Below are positions 1 to 10,350 of a DNA stretch of 64,000 nucleotides, one piece after another. The translations under genes and the position numbers were made by a program. The stretch is from an uncultured Brevinematales bacterium. Lineage in GTDB: Bacteria > Spirochaetota > Brevinematia > Brevinematales > JAOACQ01. The notes beneath the pieces are model-generated. The model ran no database searches, was not told the DNA's origin, and worked only from the letters and a program-made list of their open reading frames with translations. The stretch spans positions 2,048 through 66,047 of the forward strand of contig CAYPRX010000106.1 of assembly GCA_964413265.1 (NCBI GenBank). The letters are read 5' to 3'. The first letter of the stretch is position 1. Each line of letters begins with the position of its first letter.

Positions 1-2487
1 GCAGGTGCCGAATTTTATGCATGCAGGCATGAAAGAGTGCTTATTAAAAAAATTTGCGAACGCTATATCGATGTATTCGGCGAGAATTTTTTTCTGGAGA
101 TCAATTACACAGGTATTGAGAAAATAGTCATTTTACGTGAAATGGTTAAAATCGCAGAGGAGAATTCGCTCCGGCCAATTGCTACCTGTGAGGCCAGATA
201 TTTAAGCAGGGACAGAGATGTTTTTAACCGGCTTTTTACAGGAACGGGTCCATATGATCCATCAAGGGAATGCGATTATTCTCTGAAAGGTGCTGTGGAA
301 ATAAAAAATCATTTCAAAAATCATCAGGATTACCTGGAAAATGTATCAATGCTATTTGATATGATCGGGAATAATCTTATTGCCAGAAGCTTTCCAATGC
401 CGGAATACAAAAACTGTTTTACTAGATTAAAAAAAATATGTGAAAAAAAACTGTCAAAATATCCTGGTGATATACAATATTCTGAGAGACTTGCAGCAGA
501 GCTTAATTTGATCGAAGCCGGGGGGCTTTCCTCATATTTTCTTTTTGCTTATGAATTGGCATGCCTCATGAGAATCAAGGGGATCATTCAAGGACCGGGT
601 AATGGAGTTCTGCCGTCCTCACTTGTCATGAACCTGATTGGATTTACCAAAATTGATCCTGTAAAATATGGCCTTGTAGCCGAGTTGTTGGTTACCCCCG
701 GGACTGATTTCCTTCTTACCCTTGAACTGGAAATATCCAGAAAAAGACAATCGCTGATATATTCTTACATAACTTCTAAATTTGGGCCCGGGCATTCTGC
801 TTATATGACAGCAGTTATCCGGCGTCCAAGGTCTGCCGGCCTTATTGAGAGCTTGGCCAGGGGTTTTAAATATGAAACAGAGAGTATCGTTCTTGTAAGG
901 GATAATATTTCAGAACTTGCGCCATTGTATACTGACGGCGGAAGATTCAGGTATTCCGGCCTTACAAGTGAAGACAGCATTTACTGCCCCTTTTTCAGGG
1001 TGATTATGAAATCAGGCAGTCAGATATCAATTATTGAAGAGGGATGCAGATCTGCCGGAATAAAAACTATTGATTATGAAGATAGGGAAACATACCTGAT
1101 GATAAGGGAAGGAAGGACTAATGGTATTTTCATTCTTGAGAATTTCTCTATCAGGGAATATTTAAGATCGTCGGCAGCCGATTCTATAAAAGTACTCGGT
1201 GATGTTATTGCTATTTACAGAAAGGATTCAATAAAAAATGGCACAGCATCTAATTATATCACAAGGCGAGAGAATAACAGGAATTACGGCAGGGTTTCAC
1301 CGAGGGCTCATGAAACAAATCCAATTACTTGGGATACTTACGGGTTAATTCTTTATGAGGAACAGGTCCTCCTGATAATGCATGAGGCTGCTGGGATGGA
1401 TTGGGAAGGATCGATAAATTTTCTTCATGCGATCACAAATAAAAACAATAAGGCCATACTTTCATTTAAGAATGAGTTTATAAGGGGATGCATTTCTAAA
1501 GGAAGCGGGGAAGAATCGGCTTTAAGACTTTTTGGTATTCTTGTTGAAAAGGGTGGCCAGGTGGTAAAAAAATCACAAATGCTGGGTCATGCATACCTGG
1601 CTTTTTCCCTAGCTTATATCAAGGCCCATAGCCCCATCGATTTTTACCTTGCAAACCTGAATGGCAATATGTTCTCAATAGATAAACTCAACAGGATACT
1701 CATTGATCTAATGATAGAAGGACCTCCCGGGTCCGTTCTTCCAGTTGATATTAACAGAAGCTTGAGGCGTTTCTCTAAAGAGAACGGGAAAGTTCGGGCA
1801 GGTTTGGCCGTGGTAAAGAATTTAAGCCGGGAAGTGGCGAGTGAAATTGTATCTGAGAGAAAAAGGAATGGTTTTTTCAAAGATATGCTTGATTTCTCAG
1901 TCAGGATGGTCCCTCTCGGTTTACATGAAAAAGCGCTTGAAAATCTTGTAAAATCAGGCGCTTTCAGGGATAGTAGTTTTAAAATGGAAGAATTGCTTGC
2001 ATGTGTTCAGGCTATATTCAAATTCTCCTGCCGGGAAGGCCGGGACGGGTCCCGGAGTCTTTTCAAAAGAGAGGAATTCAGTCCGGATCTCGGCTATTTC
2101 ATTAAAAATTCAGGGATGATTAAAAAAAAGTTTTCTTCCATGTCAGAATTTGAGGCAACAGATGCATATATTTCGAACCATCCTTTAGACAGGATTATCG
2201 GGAGGATTGAAAATTACAGTGTTGATTATCTTGATTCCCTTCATGAACTTGCCCATGGGACATTCATTGTTTACATGTTTCAATATAAGGTAAAAGGGAA
2301 GAATTCGGCCCGCGGATTGATCTGCGACAAAAGCGGTATGACTCAGGTCGTTTTTACGCCGCCTGTTTACAGGCATTATGCCTCAATTTTAAAAAATCAT
2401 ACAATCTATATTTTAAAGGGAAACATTAAAAGCGGGCAGGTATTTGCAGGGGAAGTCTATCTTTTTGATGAGATAGCTGGAGGTTAG
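1..2487 (+). CDS. DNA polymerase III alpha (DnaE)-like protein, divergent and probably catalytically inactive; 5' end runs off the window
   Basis: The frame is open from base 1. DnaE-like segments include YSERLAAELNLIEAGGLSSYFL, GFTKIDPVKYGL, DTYGLILYEEQV, AYIKAHSPIDFY, LPVDINRS, ERKRNGFFKD, LENLVKSGAF, YISNHPL and a C-terminal OB-like region. The catalytic motifs are degenerate. Confidence 0.85.
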   Translation, partial: AGAEFYACRHERVLIKKICERYIDVFGENFFLEINYTGIEKIVILREMVKIAEENSLRPIATCEARYLSRDRDVFNRLFTGTGPYDPSRECDYSLKGAVEIKNHFKNHQDYLENVSMLFDMIGNNLIARSFPMPEYKNCFTRLKKICEKKLSKYPGDIQYSERLAAELNLIEAGGLSSYFLFAYELACLMRIKGIIQGPGNGVLPSSLVMNLIGFTKIDPVKYGLVAELLVTPGTDFLLTLELEISRKRQSLIYSYITSKFGPGHSAYMTAVIRRPRSAGLIESLARGFKYETESIVLVRDNISELAPLYTDGGRFRYSGLTSEDSIYCPFFRVIMKSGSQISIIEEGCRSAGIKTIDYEDRETYLMIREGRTNGIFILENFSIREYLRSSAADSIKVLGDVIAIYRKDSIKNGTASNYITRRENNRNYGRVSPRAHETNPITWDTYGLILYEEQVLLIMHEAAGMDWEGSINFLHAITNKNNKAILSFKNEFIRGCISKGSGEESALRLFGILVEKGGQVVKKSQMLGHAYLAFSLAYIKAHSPIDFYLANLNGNMFSIDKLNRILIDLMIEGPPGSVLPVDINRSLRRFSKENGKVRAGLAVVKNLSREVASEIVSERKRNGFFKDMLDFSVRMVPLGLHEKALENLVKSGAFRDSSFKMEELLACVQAIFKFSCREGRDGSRSLFKREEFSPDLGYFIKNSGMIKKKFSSMSEFEATDAYISNHPLDRIIGRIENYSVDYLDSLHELAHGTFIVYMFQYKVKGKNSARGLICDKSGMTQVVFTPPVYRHYASILKNHTIYILKGNIKSGQVFAGEVYLFDEIAGG

Positions 2488-2527
2488 ACAGGGAGTTAGT
2501 GAACCTCTTTTATTCATAAGCAAAATA

Positions 2528-2556
2528 TTGACATAATTTCCGGTGTCGTTTAAAAT
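2528..2556 (+). promoter_or_regulatory. sigma70 promoter of the rimP-nusA-infB operon
   Basis: TTGACA-17bp-TAAAAT. Confidence 0.75.
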
Positions 2557-2585
2557 TATACTGTGATTGGATGAGGATGATAATG

Positions 2586-2614
2586 AGGAGTCGGATAATC
2601 CGGCTCCTTTTTTT
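2586..2614 (+). terminator. Intrinsic terminator-like hairpin in the rimP 5' leader (rimP-leader-type attenuator)
   Basis: AGGAGTCGGAT-A-ATCCGGCTCCT followed by a T run, between the promoter and the rimP ATG. Confidence 0.6.
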
Positions 2615-2629
2615 AATTCGGATAAATAT

Positions 2630-3103
2630 ATGAAGGATAAAATATTAGATCTTACAGAAGATACAATCACAACTTTCGGGTTTATATTAGTGGATGCGAA
2701 GATTCTTCCATCAAAGAACGGAATGACCCTCAAAGCTGTCATATACAGGAAAGGAGAAGATGTATCGATGGATGACTGTGCCAGGTTGTCCAATGTACTG
2801 CTGCGAAGACTTGATGTTGAGGTAGCGCATTTTTCTGAAAACTATGACCTGATTGTTGAATCGCCGGGAGCTGATAGAAGGATAACTTCACTTCGAGAAT
2901 TAGGAATTTTTCAGGATAGAGAGATGATATTTACACTTAAAAATCCTTCTTTTTTCGGCCTTAAGGAAAATGTAATACAAGGCCGGGTTACCAGGCTTTC
3001 AGGAGAAACAATAGAATTTTCATCTGAAAGGGGCACTTATAATATGGAGTGGAGTGACGTAGCAGGAGCTAAATTGTATTTTAATATTAAGAATTATCTA
3101 TAG
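2630..3103 (+). CDS. rimP: Ribosome maturation factor RimP
   Basis: VSMDDCARLS and LIVESPGADR motifs, upstream of nusA. ATG 2630 is preferred over the track start at 2567. Confidence 0.9.
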   Translation: MKDKILDLTEDTITTFGFILVDAKILPSKNGMTLKAVIYRKGEDVSMDDCARLSNVLLRRLDVEVAHFSENYDLIVESPGADRRITSLRELGIFQDREMIFTLKNPSFFGLKENVIQGRVTRLSGETIEFSSERGTYNMEWSDVAGAKLYFNIKNYL

Positions 3104-3117
3104 GTGGAGGAAGTTCA

Positions 3118-4479
3118 ATGGCAATAGTGGATTATATAACAGAATTCGCCAGAGAGAATAAAATATCCAAGGACCTGGCGACGCAGATTTTACGAGAAGC
3201 AATGATAAGCGTTTATAAAAGAAAATTCGGGAAGGAATATGAAAATGTTGAAATTGAGATGGATAAAAAGCTTTCCATCAACCAGATAAAAGAAATTTCA
3301 GACAATGTGGAGAACGAAATAACCCAGATAAGTGCGGAAAATGCTAAAAACTACACGAAAAAGAAGGCTCTAGAACCAGGCGATAAGGTAAAGATACCCC
3401 TGCCAATTGAAACCTTCGGGCGACAGATAGCACAAATTGTTAAACAGATATTAAAGCAGAAGGTTAACGAAATACAGAAAGATATAATATACAACGAATT
3501 CAAGGGAAAAGTCGGCGAAATCGTTGTAGGTAAGGTCAAATCGAGAATGGAAGGCAGAAACAGCGGGTATTTTGTAGCCATTGAACCGAAGGAAGCTGAA
3601 GCCTTTCTTCCAGCCGAAGAAACTATTCCGGATGAGATTTTCGAAAGAGGTGATTTTCTTAAGGCTCTTCTTCTTCAGGTTAACGAGGTTTCAAGCAGGG
3701 AAGAATCCCAGCTTATCCTTTCGAGGGCCAGCGAAGATTTTGCCAGGCAGCTTCTGAGGGCAAACATTCCGGAGATTTCAGATGGTACTTTTGTAATTCG
3801 TGCAATAGCAAGAAAAGCAGGAGAAGTTACAAAAGTGGTCCTCTATTCAAATGTTGATTCGATTGACCCTGTCAGCGTAACAATTGGCAAGCAGGGTTCC
3901 AGGATAAAACCGATAAGAGCAGAACTGGGATCTGAAAGGATCGAGATCATAAGGGCTAATGATGATCCCAAGATTCTTATCAAAAATGTAATCATGGCTT
4001 CCAGGGTCTTAAAAAACAGGATCGCTGAGGTCTATCATATTGATCTGAATAGTGAAACTAAAGAATCGTTAGTTGTTGTACCAAACGAATTTGTTGCGCC
4101 GCTTATAGGCAAAAAGGGGGTTCATCAGCGTATGCTGGAAAAGATAACTGGCTGGCGTATACGTTTTGTTCCTTTTTCAGATTATGAGATTAAGATCGCT
4201 GAGAAGCAGAAAGAAGTCGATCAGATACTGGGTATTACAGGGAACGAGGAAGTAGAGTTCATTGAAGAAGAGCAGATCCCGATTTCAATGCTTCCATTTG
4301 AACCAAGACAGGTTGAAATATTGAAAAACGCCGGCTTTGAGGATGTGGCTGAGATAATCGAGTATTCTATTGAGGACCTTGCCCGTAAATGCGAAATAAG
4401 CCTTGACGAAGCGATGGTTATCTGGAAAGTTATAGAGGATAATGTCGATATAGAAGAGGAGATGGGCGGTAATGAATAA
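3118..4479 (+). CDS. nusA: Transcription termination/antitermination factor NusA
   Basis: S1 and KH domains (LILSRAS, NIPEISDG, IGKQGSRIK, LIGKKG); operon context. Confidence 0.95.
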   Translation: MAIVDYITEFARENKISKDLATQILREAMISVYKRKFGKEYENVEIEMDKKLSINQIKEISDNVENEITQISAENAKNYTKKKALEPGDKVKIPLPIETFGRQIAQIVKQILKQKVNEIQKDIIYNEFKGKVGEIVVGKVKSRMEGRNSGYFVAIEPKEAEAFLPAEETIPDEIFERGDFLKALLLQVNEVSSREESQLILSRASEDFARQLLRANIPEISDGTFVIRAIARKAGEVTKVVLYSNVDSIDPVSVTIGKQGSRIKPIRAELGSERIEIIRANDDPKILIKNVIMASRVLKNRIAEVYHIDLNSETKESLVVVPNEFVAPLIGKKGVHQRMLEKITGWRIRFVPFSDYEIKIAEKQKEVDQILGITGNEEVEFIEEEQIPISMLPFEPRQVEILKNAGFEDVAEIIEYSIEDLARKCEISLDEAMVIWKVIEDNVDIEEEMGGNE

Positions 4480-4511
4480 AAAGACTGCATTTTTACATAG
4501 GAGGGCTTTTT

Positions 4512-6845
4512 ATGTCTGAAGAACAAAAAAAGAAAATTATTAAAAAAATTATCAAGTTGAAAGCCCCCATTGCTGCTGATAAAAAAACCGAAGATGAAAA
4601 AACCTCACTAAAAGCGCCAGAAGTTAAATCCGCACGTGAAAAAACCCTTAAAAAGGCAAAACATGAAGACGAAACAGCGTCACAGACGCAGCAAAAGGAA
4701 TCCAAAACGAGAGAAGGAGCGAAGTCGCCAGGGGCCGGCCAATCCCCGAGAAAGTTCGAATACCAGCGCTATAACAAGGACAACCGTGAGGGTGGAGGGT
4801 TCGGGCCACCTAGGCAGGGTCAACAATTCCTGAGAGAGAGGGGATCTCAGACCGCCGGGGGTGGATCTTTCAGGGAAAAGTCACCGTTCCGACAAGGTCT
4901 TCTTACGACTCCTGTCATAGAGAAAGAGCAGGCTGGAAAGGGGAAGCACAGAAGCATGTTTTTCGGAAGAGTAAGAAGCGCTGCTGAAATAAAGGAAAAG
5001 ACAAAGAATAGGGAAGAGGCTATAATCCTTTCGAAGATGGAAGATTCTATCAGGAAAAAATCCAGAAAAGGTGAAGCTTCGATACCGGAATCTATAGAAA
5101 TAGGTGAGGCTGTCAAAATATCAGACCTGGCCAAGAAAATGAACCTTAAAGCAAGTGAAATAATACAAAAGCTCTTAGACCTCGGATTGCAGGTCACAAT
5201 CAATGATATGATCGACTCTGATACGGCTTCAATTGTGGCTTCCGAATTCAACTGCAAAGTCAATGTAAAAAGTCTTAAAGAGGAAGTACAGATAAAAGAG
5301 GAAGATGATAATGTCAAAGACCTTGAACCAAGGTCACCTGTAGTCACGATAATGGGACATGTAGATCATGGTAAAACGAAACTACTTGACGCAATCAGGG
5401 ATTCTTCCATAGCAGAGCATGAAAGCGGGGGTATTACACAGCATATAGGGGCGTACCGAGTTCATACGCCAAAGGGTGATATCACATTTATAGATACACC
5501 GGGTCATGAAGCTTTTACCGCGATGCGGGCCAGGGGTGCTAATGTAACAGATATTGTTATTCTTGTCGTTTCAGCTGTCGATGGTGTAAAGCCGCAGACT
5601 GTAGAAGCCATTAATCATGCTAAAGCTGCCGGGGTGCCGATCATTGTAGCTGTAAACAAGATAGACCTTCCAGACGCCAGCGTCGACATGGTAAAACAGC
5701 AGTTGTCCGAATACGGCCTGATCTGGGAGGAATGGGGAGGAGAAACGATTTATGTAAATATATCGGCTTTAAAGAAGATAGGTATCCAGGATCTGCTTGA
5801 CGCTTTGTTATTACAGGCTGAGATGATGGAACTTAAAGCTGACCCTAATAAAAAGGGAGTGGGATTTATAATCGAGTCGAAAATGGATATAGGACGGGGA
5901 GCCGTAGCTACAGTCATAGTCAAAAAAGGAAGCGTCAAGATTGGAGATAATTTCGTAGTAGGTACTACTATGGGTAAAGTCCGCGGTATGTTTGATGAGA
6001 ACGGCAATAAAATGAATATTGCCCTGCCTTCATACCCTGTCGAGATAATGGGCTTTGACGAAGTCCCGACAGCAGGCGATAAATTTTATGTTGTTGAAAC
6101 CGAGGAAATCGCCAAATCAATCTCATCCAAAAGGCTTGATTTAAAGAGGATTGAAGAAACAGCCAGCATAAAGAGGGTCCAGATTCCGGACACGATGGAA
6201 GCTATAACCTCCAAGGAAATAAAGGAATTGAAAGTCATCATAAAGGGAGACGTTCAGGGTTCGGTCGAGGCTATCAACAACATGCTTACTAAGATTGAAA
6301 ATCCTGATGTTAAAGTTACTATCATCCATTCGGGGGTTGGAACTGTACTTGAAAGTGATGTTATGCTTGCAACAGCAACTGCAAACACAGCTGAAACCGG
6401 TGTTATTATACTTGCATTCAGGGTTCGTGTAGATTTAATTGCGAAGGAAAAGGCCGAATCTGAAGGGATAAGCATTAAGAGATTTACGATAATATATGAA
6501 TTACTTGATTTTATCGAAGGAGTTATGAAGGGCATGCACAAACCTGAAATAATTCAAAAAACCATCGGGACAGCCGAAATCAAGGAAATTTTCAAGATAA
6601 AAGATGTGGGTAAGATAGCAGGTGGTATAGTCAAAGAGGGATTTATCAGGAAAAGTGAGAAGGTGCGCCTATTCCGCGATGGTATCCAGTACTGGGAAGG
6701 GAGGCTTAAAGACCTCAAGAGATTCAAGGATGATGTCGCAGAAGTGCAGGAAGGGTTTGAATTCGGTATTTCATTTGTTAATTATGAAAATTTCAAAAAA
6801 GGTGATATAATCGAATGTTTCACAGAAGAGGTTAAAGGAAAATAA
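4512..6845 (+). CDS. infB: Translation initiation factor IF-2
   Basis: [16 protein letters not shown] and NKID GTPase motifs; LKRFKDDV. Confidence 0.98.
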   Translation: MSEEQKKKIIKKIIKLKAPIAADKKTEDEKTSLKAPEVKSAREKTLKKAKHEDETASQTQQKESKTREGAKSPGAGQSPRKFEYQRYNKDNREGGGFGPPRQGQQFLRERGSQTAGGGSFREKSPFRQGLLTTPVIEKEQAGKGKHRSMFFGRVRSAAEIKEKTKNREEAIILSKMEDSIRKKSRKGEASIPESIEIGEAVKISDLAKKMNLKASEIIQKLLDLGLQVTINDMIDSDTASIVASEFNCKVNVKSLKEEVQIKEEDDNVKDLEPRSPVVTIMGHVDHGKTKLLDAIRDSSIAEHESGGITQHIGAYRVHTPKGDITFIDTPGHEAFTAMRARGANVTDIVILVVSAVDGVKPQTVEAINHAKAAGVPIIVAVNKIDLPDASVDMVKQQLSEYGLIWEEWGGETIYVNISALKKIGIQDLLDALLLQAEMMELKADPNKKGVGFIIESKMDIGRGAVATVIVKKGSVKIGDNFVVGTTMGKVRGMFDENGNKMNIALPSYPVEIMGFDEVPTAGDKFYVVETEEIAKSISSKRLDLKRIEETASIKRVQIPDTMEAITSKEIKELKVIIKGDVQGSVEAINNMLTKIENPDVKVTIIHSGVGTVLESDVMLATATANTAETGVIILAFRVRVDLIAKEKAESEGISIKRFTIIYELLDFIEGVMKGMHKPEIIQKTIGTAEIKEIFKIKDVGKIAGGIVKEGFIRKSEKVRLFRDGIQYWEGRLKDLKRFKDDVAEVQEGFEFGISFVNYENFKKGDIIECFTEEVKGK

Positions 6846-7219
6846 TGGCGAGTGGCAGGAGAATACAGAGGATCAATAAAACGCTCATGAAGGAGATCAG
6901 CGAAGTTATCATGCGGGATGTAAAAGACCCGAGGATCATTTCGCTTGTTTCAGTTATAAACGCGGATATGTCCAGTGATATGAAATCCGCAAAAATCATT
7001 GTCAGTATTTATTCAGGGAACGAAATGAACAATCTTAAAACCCTTGAGGCCCTGAACAGTGCTTCCGGTTTTATTTCTTCGATCGTGAGTAAAGCCATGC
7101 GACTGCCTTTTGCTCCACATCTGACCTTTGAAAGGACACATTCAATAGAATTAGGCGTATCCATGAATGTCAAATTAAAGGAATTGCTCAATGAGGGAGA
7201 AAAAACCGAGCTTTCCTGA
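6845..7219 (+). CDS. rbfA: Ribosome-binding factor A
   Basis: VKDPRI and ALNSASGFI motifs, PHLTF; follows infB. Confidence 0.93.
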   Translation: MASGRRIQRINKTLMKEISEVIMRDVKDPRIISLVSVINADMSSDMKSAKIIVSIYSGNEMNNLKTLEALNSASGFISSIVSKAMRLPFAPHLTFERTHSIELGVSMNVKLKELLNEGEKTELS

Positions 7220-8234
7220 TCAATCCTTAAGAAAATTATTAAAAAGATTGCATCGGGTTATAATTAATTCCAGAGCTGTTATCATCACGGGGCATATTTC
7301 ACCTGACGGAGATGATATTTCAAGCCAGCTGGCAATCGGCGAATACATGAAGTTAATCGGGAAAAGATATGTAATAGCATGGTGCGAAGATGTACCTGGA
7401 ACATTAAAGTTTCTTCCCAACGTACAATCCATCGTAAACATAAATAAAAATCCTGTCTATCCCGAACAATTCGATCTATTTATTATTGTTGATTCTGGTG
7501 ATCTTGACAGAATAGGAGATATAAGGACCCTTATAAGGCCATATCATAAAATAGTTAACATAGATCATCACCGGAGCAATACCGACTTCGGTAGCCTGAA
7601 TATTGTTACTGAAAAAGCCTGCAGTATAGGTGAAATACTGTATTATTACTTTATTTTATACAATGTTCCGATTACAAGGGAAATCGCATTATATCTCTAC
7701 GTATCTATTGTGACTGACACAGGTTCTTTTAACTATGACTGCATGCATGCTGAAGTCCACCTCATAGCGGCAGACCTTCTGAGGCATGGTGTTATACCGG
7801 CTGATTTCAATATATTCCTTTATCAGAACAAAAGCGAAACATATTTGAAATTATTAACCAGAACTCTTGTAAACGTTGAACTTTTAGAAGATTCAAGAAT
7901 CGCATTTTCTCATCTTTCCTATAGTGATTTTATTCAGGGTGATGAGGATGATACGGAAGGGATCATCGAATACCTCGGTATGCTCGACAAGGTTTCAGTT
8001 TATATTCTTATCAAAGAAAAATCACCTGGTGTTTTCTCGGCAAGTCTGAGAAGCAAGTATGATGTAAATGTAGCGAGAATTGCTTCTCATTTTAATGGGG
8101 GAGGTCATATGAGGGCCGCAGGCTGCAGAACTGAAACATTGACATTTGAGGAATTCAAGGCCGGTATTATAGGGGAAGTAAGAGAACAACTGCCGAAATT
8201 GGAGATTGACATGCCTACCGGTAAAATTGAATAA
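7191..8234 (+). CDS. DHH/DHHA1 family phosphoesterase (NrnA-like)
   Basis: HISPDGD, NIDHH, TDTGSF and GGGHMRAAG motifs. Confidence 0.92.
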   Translation: MREKKPSFPDQSLRKLLKRLHRVIINSRAVIITGHISPDGDDISSQLAIGEYMKLIGKRYVIAWCEDVPGTLKFLPNVQSIVNINKNPVYPEQFDLFIIVDSGDLDRIGDIRTLIRPYHKIVNIDHHRSNTDFGSLNIVTEKACSIGEILYYYFILYNVPITREIALYLYVSIVTDTGSFNYDCMHAEVHLIAADLLRHGVIPADFNIFLYQNKSETYLKLLTRTLVNVELLEDSRIAFSHLSYSDFIQGDEDDTEGIIEYLGMLDKVSVYILIKEKSPGVFSASLRSKYDVNVARIASHFNGGGHMRAAGCRTETLTFEEFKAGIIGEVREQLPKLEIDMPTGKIE

Positions 8235-9158
8235 ATGGACGGTAGCAGAAAATTCATTATTAATGCCGGACTTGCTGGACAGAGGCTCGACCGGGCGATA
8301 ACTTCTTATTGCCTTTCCATATCACTGGATATCAGCAGGAGTTCTCTTAAAGCCAGAAAGATGCCCGTTCTTGTCAACGGCTTCGAAGAGAAGTTGAGTT
8401 ATAAAGTCAGGGAAGGCGACCTGGTCGAGTTTGTCATAATACCTCCTGCAGAATTAAAAGCATTCCCTCAAAAAGTGGATTTTGATATCGTTTACAGGGA
8501 TGCAGATATTGCAGTTATTAACAAGCCTTCCGGCCTGACTGTACATCCTGCAAGGGGACATGAGGAAGGGACTCTTGTAAATGGTCTGGTCTATTACTTT
8601 GGTTCTGATCTGCCAGATAGCGGTGAGAGGCAAAGACCGGGAATTGTCCATCGCCTCGACAAGGACACGGCTGGTCTTATGATTGTGGCCCTGAATGAAT
8701 ACGCTCACAGAAAACTGACGGAAGACTTTAAAAAGAGGAATGTTAAAAAGGTTTACCATGCAATTGTCAGGGGTAATCTCCAGGGCACCGGAAGGTTAGA
8801 TACCCCGATAGGACGCTCCAGGAAAAACAGAAAGCTCATGGCGGCTGTGAAGGATGGAAAACCGTCAATTACAGAGTATGCTGTCCTTGAAAACTTTTCC
8901 GATCACTGCTATGTCGAAATTAAACTTCTTACTGGCAGAACACATCAGATCAGAGTCCATTTTGCAAGCATAGGACACCCGATTGCAGGAGACAGGCTTT
9001 ATTCTTCGACTCCTGGCAGGTATGGGCTTACAGGGCTTGCACTCTGTTCAAAAAAAATAACATTCAACCATCCAGTAGATGGCAGGGAGATGAATTTCGA
9101 GATCGAACTTCCTGACGAGATGACTGATTTAATTGAAAAATTAAGGAAAAAGGGATAA
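8235..9158 (+). CDS. rluD: RluA/RluD family pseudouridine synthase
   Basis: S4 domain, NKPSGLTVHP, HRLDKDTAG, TGRTHQIRVH. Confidence 0.9.
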   Translation: MDGSRKFIINAGLAGQRLDRAITSYCLSISLDISRSSLKARKMPVLVNGFEEKLSYKVREGDLVEFVIIPPAELKAFPQKVDFDIVYRDADIAVINKPSGLTVHPARGHEEGTLVNGLVYYFGSDLPDSGERQRPGIVHRLDKDTAGLMIVALNEYAHRKLTEDFKKRNVKKVYHAIVRGNLQGTGRLDTPIGRSRKNRKLMAAVKDGKPSITEYAVLENFSDHCYVEIKLLTGRTHQIRVHFASIGHPIAGDRLYSSTPGRYGLTGLALCSKKITFNHPVDGREMNFEIELPDEMTDLIEKLRKKG

Positions 9159-9172
9159 AAGGTACAGTCTGT

Positions 9173-10339
9173 TTATAATAAGAGCCTTTTAAAAGCGTCA
9201 CTGAAAATCTTTTTCCAGTCATATAGTCTGCCTAAGTCTAATGCATTTTTCTCGAATTCATCATAATTATTCATTATTTCAATAATCTTTTCTCCAAAAC
9301 TTGACGGCGTATAATCGGCAATAAGACCGGCCCCTTTTTCTTTTATTACCTCCGCTATAGGCGGTACAGAGGTTAAAACTACAGGGAGGCCAGCTCCAAG
9401 GTATGATTTTATTTTTCCAGGATCTGCATAGTATGTGTAATTATTCTTATCAAAGGGATAGTAAGGTGCTACAGCTATTCCTCCGGTTTGAAGAATTTTC
9501 ATTATATCTTCGAACTTTTCTATAAATCCGGTAAAAAAGATAGAATCGCTCAGCCCCCTAATCTTTATTTCTTCTGTGAAATCCCTGAAATATGGTCCGT
9601 CACCGACTACTGTGATTTTGATCACATCTGTTTTCTTCCTTAGAAATTCAGCTATGGGAACCAGGAGTTCAACACCTTTTAATCTGTCGATCCTGCCCAT
9701 ATAAATTATATTATTTTTATTATGCTTGAATCCGCCGGAATATTCACTGAAATGGTTTCCATAGGGTACGGAGTACCATCTGACCCTTTCACTATCGAGC
9801 TTTCCATCTTCAAACCTTCCCTCGATGGTCCTTTCGCTGAGAGGCCATACAACATCTGAACCGTATGAGGCCTTCCTGTCAAGATAGTAATAAAAGCCAT
9901 TGATGATGGGATTTTTATATCTTACAGGAGTGTAATCTATCATATAGTAAACTGTTTTTTTAATGATCCTGAAAAATTTTAATATGTTTCCGGCTGAAGA
10001 CAGTAGATTGTCACCACAGAATAATATATCCGTTTTTAAGCAGTGTAAAACGCCATAGTAAAGTGCATAAATAAAATCTTTTGTGTAGGATATTATTTCT
10101 GGTTTTTTAAAGCGGACCATTGAGCCTCTTGTCCTGACAAGCTTACCTTTTCTGTAAACTGAGGCCCTGACTTCTCTGTCTGCTGAACTTTTCGACCTCC
10201 CGCCGAATGGAAATGAAATATATACAAGTTCTTTTATTTTCAGGGAAAGTAGCCAGTCCCTCAGTTCCTCGGCTGCACCGGTATCGCTGAAATGAGAAAA
10301 AATCGCCAGTTTTAATACCGATATATAGTCGTTGTTCAT
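9173..10339 (-). CDS. GT-B glycosyltransferase (family 4-like)
   Basis: YMGRIDRLKG, VVGDGPY, KIKSYLGAGLPVV. Confidence 0.85.
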   Translation of the reverse strand: MNNDYISVLKLAIFSHFSDTGAAEELRDWLLSLKIKELVYISFPFGGRSKSSADREVRASVYRKGKLVRTRGSMVRFKKPEIISYTKDFIYALYYGVLHCLKTDILFCGDNLLSSAGNILKFFRIIKKTVYYMIDYTPVRYKNPIINGFYYYLDRKASYGSDVVWPLSERTIEGRFEDGKLDSERVRWYSVPYGNHFSEYSGGFKHNKNNIIYMGRIDRLKGVELLVPIAEFLRKKTDVIKITVVGDGPYFRDFTEEIKIRGLSDSIFFTGFIEKFEDIMKILQTGGIAVAPYYPFDKNNYTYYADPGKIKSYLGAGLPVVLTSVPPIAEVIKEKGAGLIADYTPSSFGEKIIEIMNNYDEFEKNALDLGRLYDWKKIFSDAFKRLLL

Positions 10340-10350
10340 GAATTGAAGAA

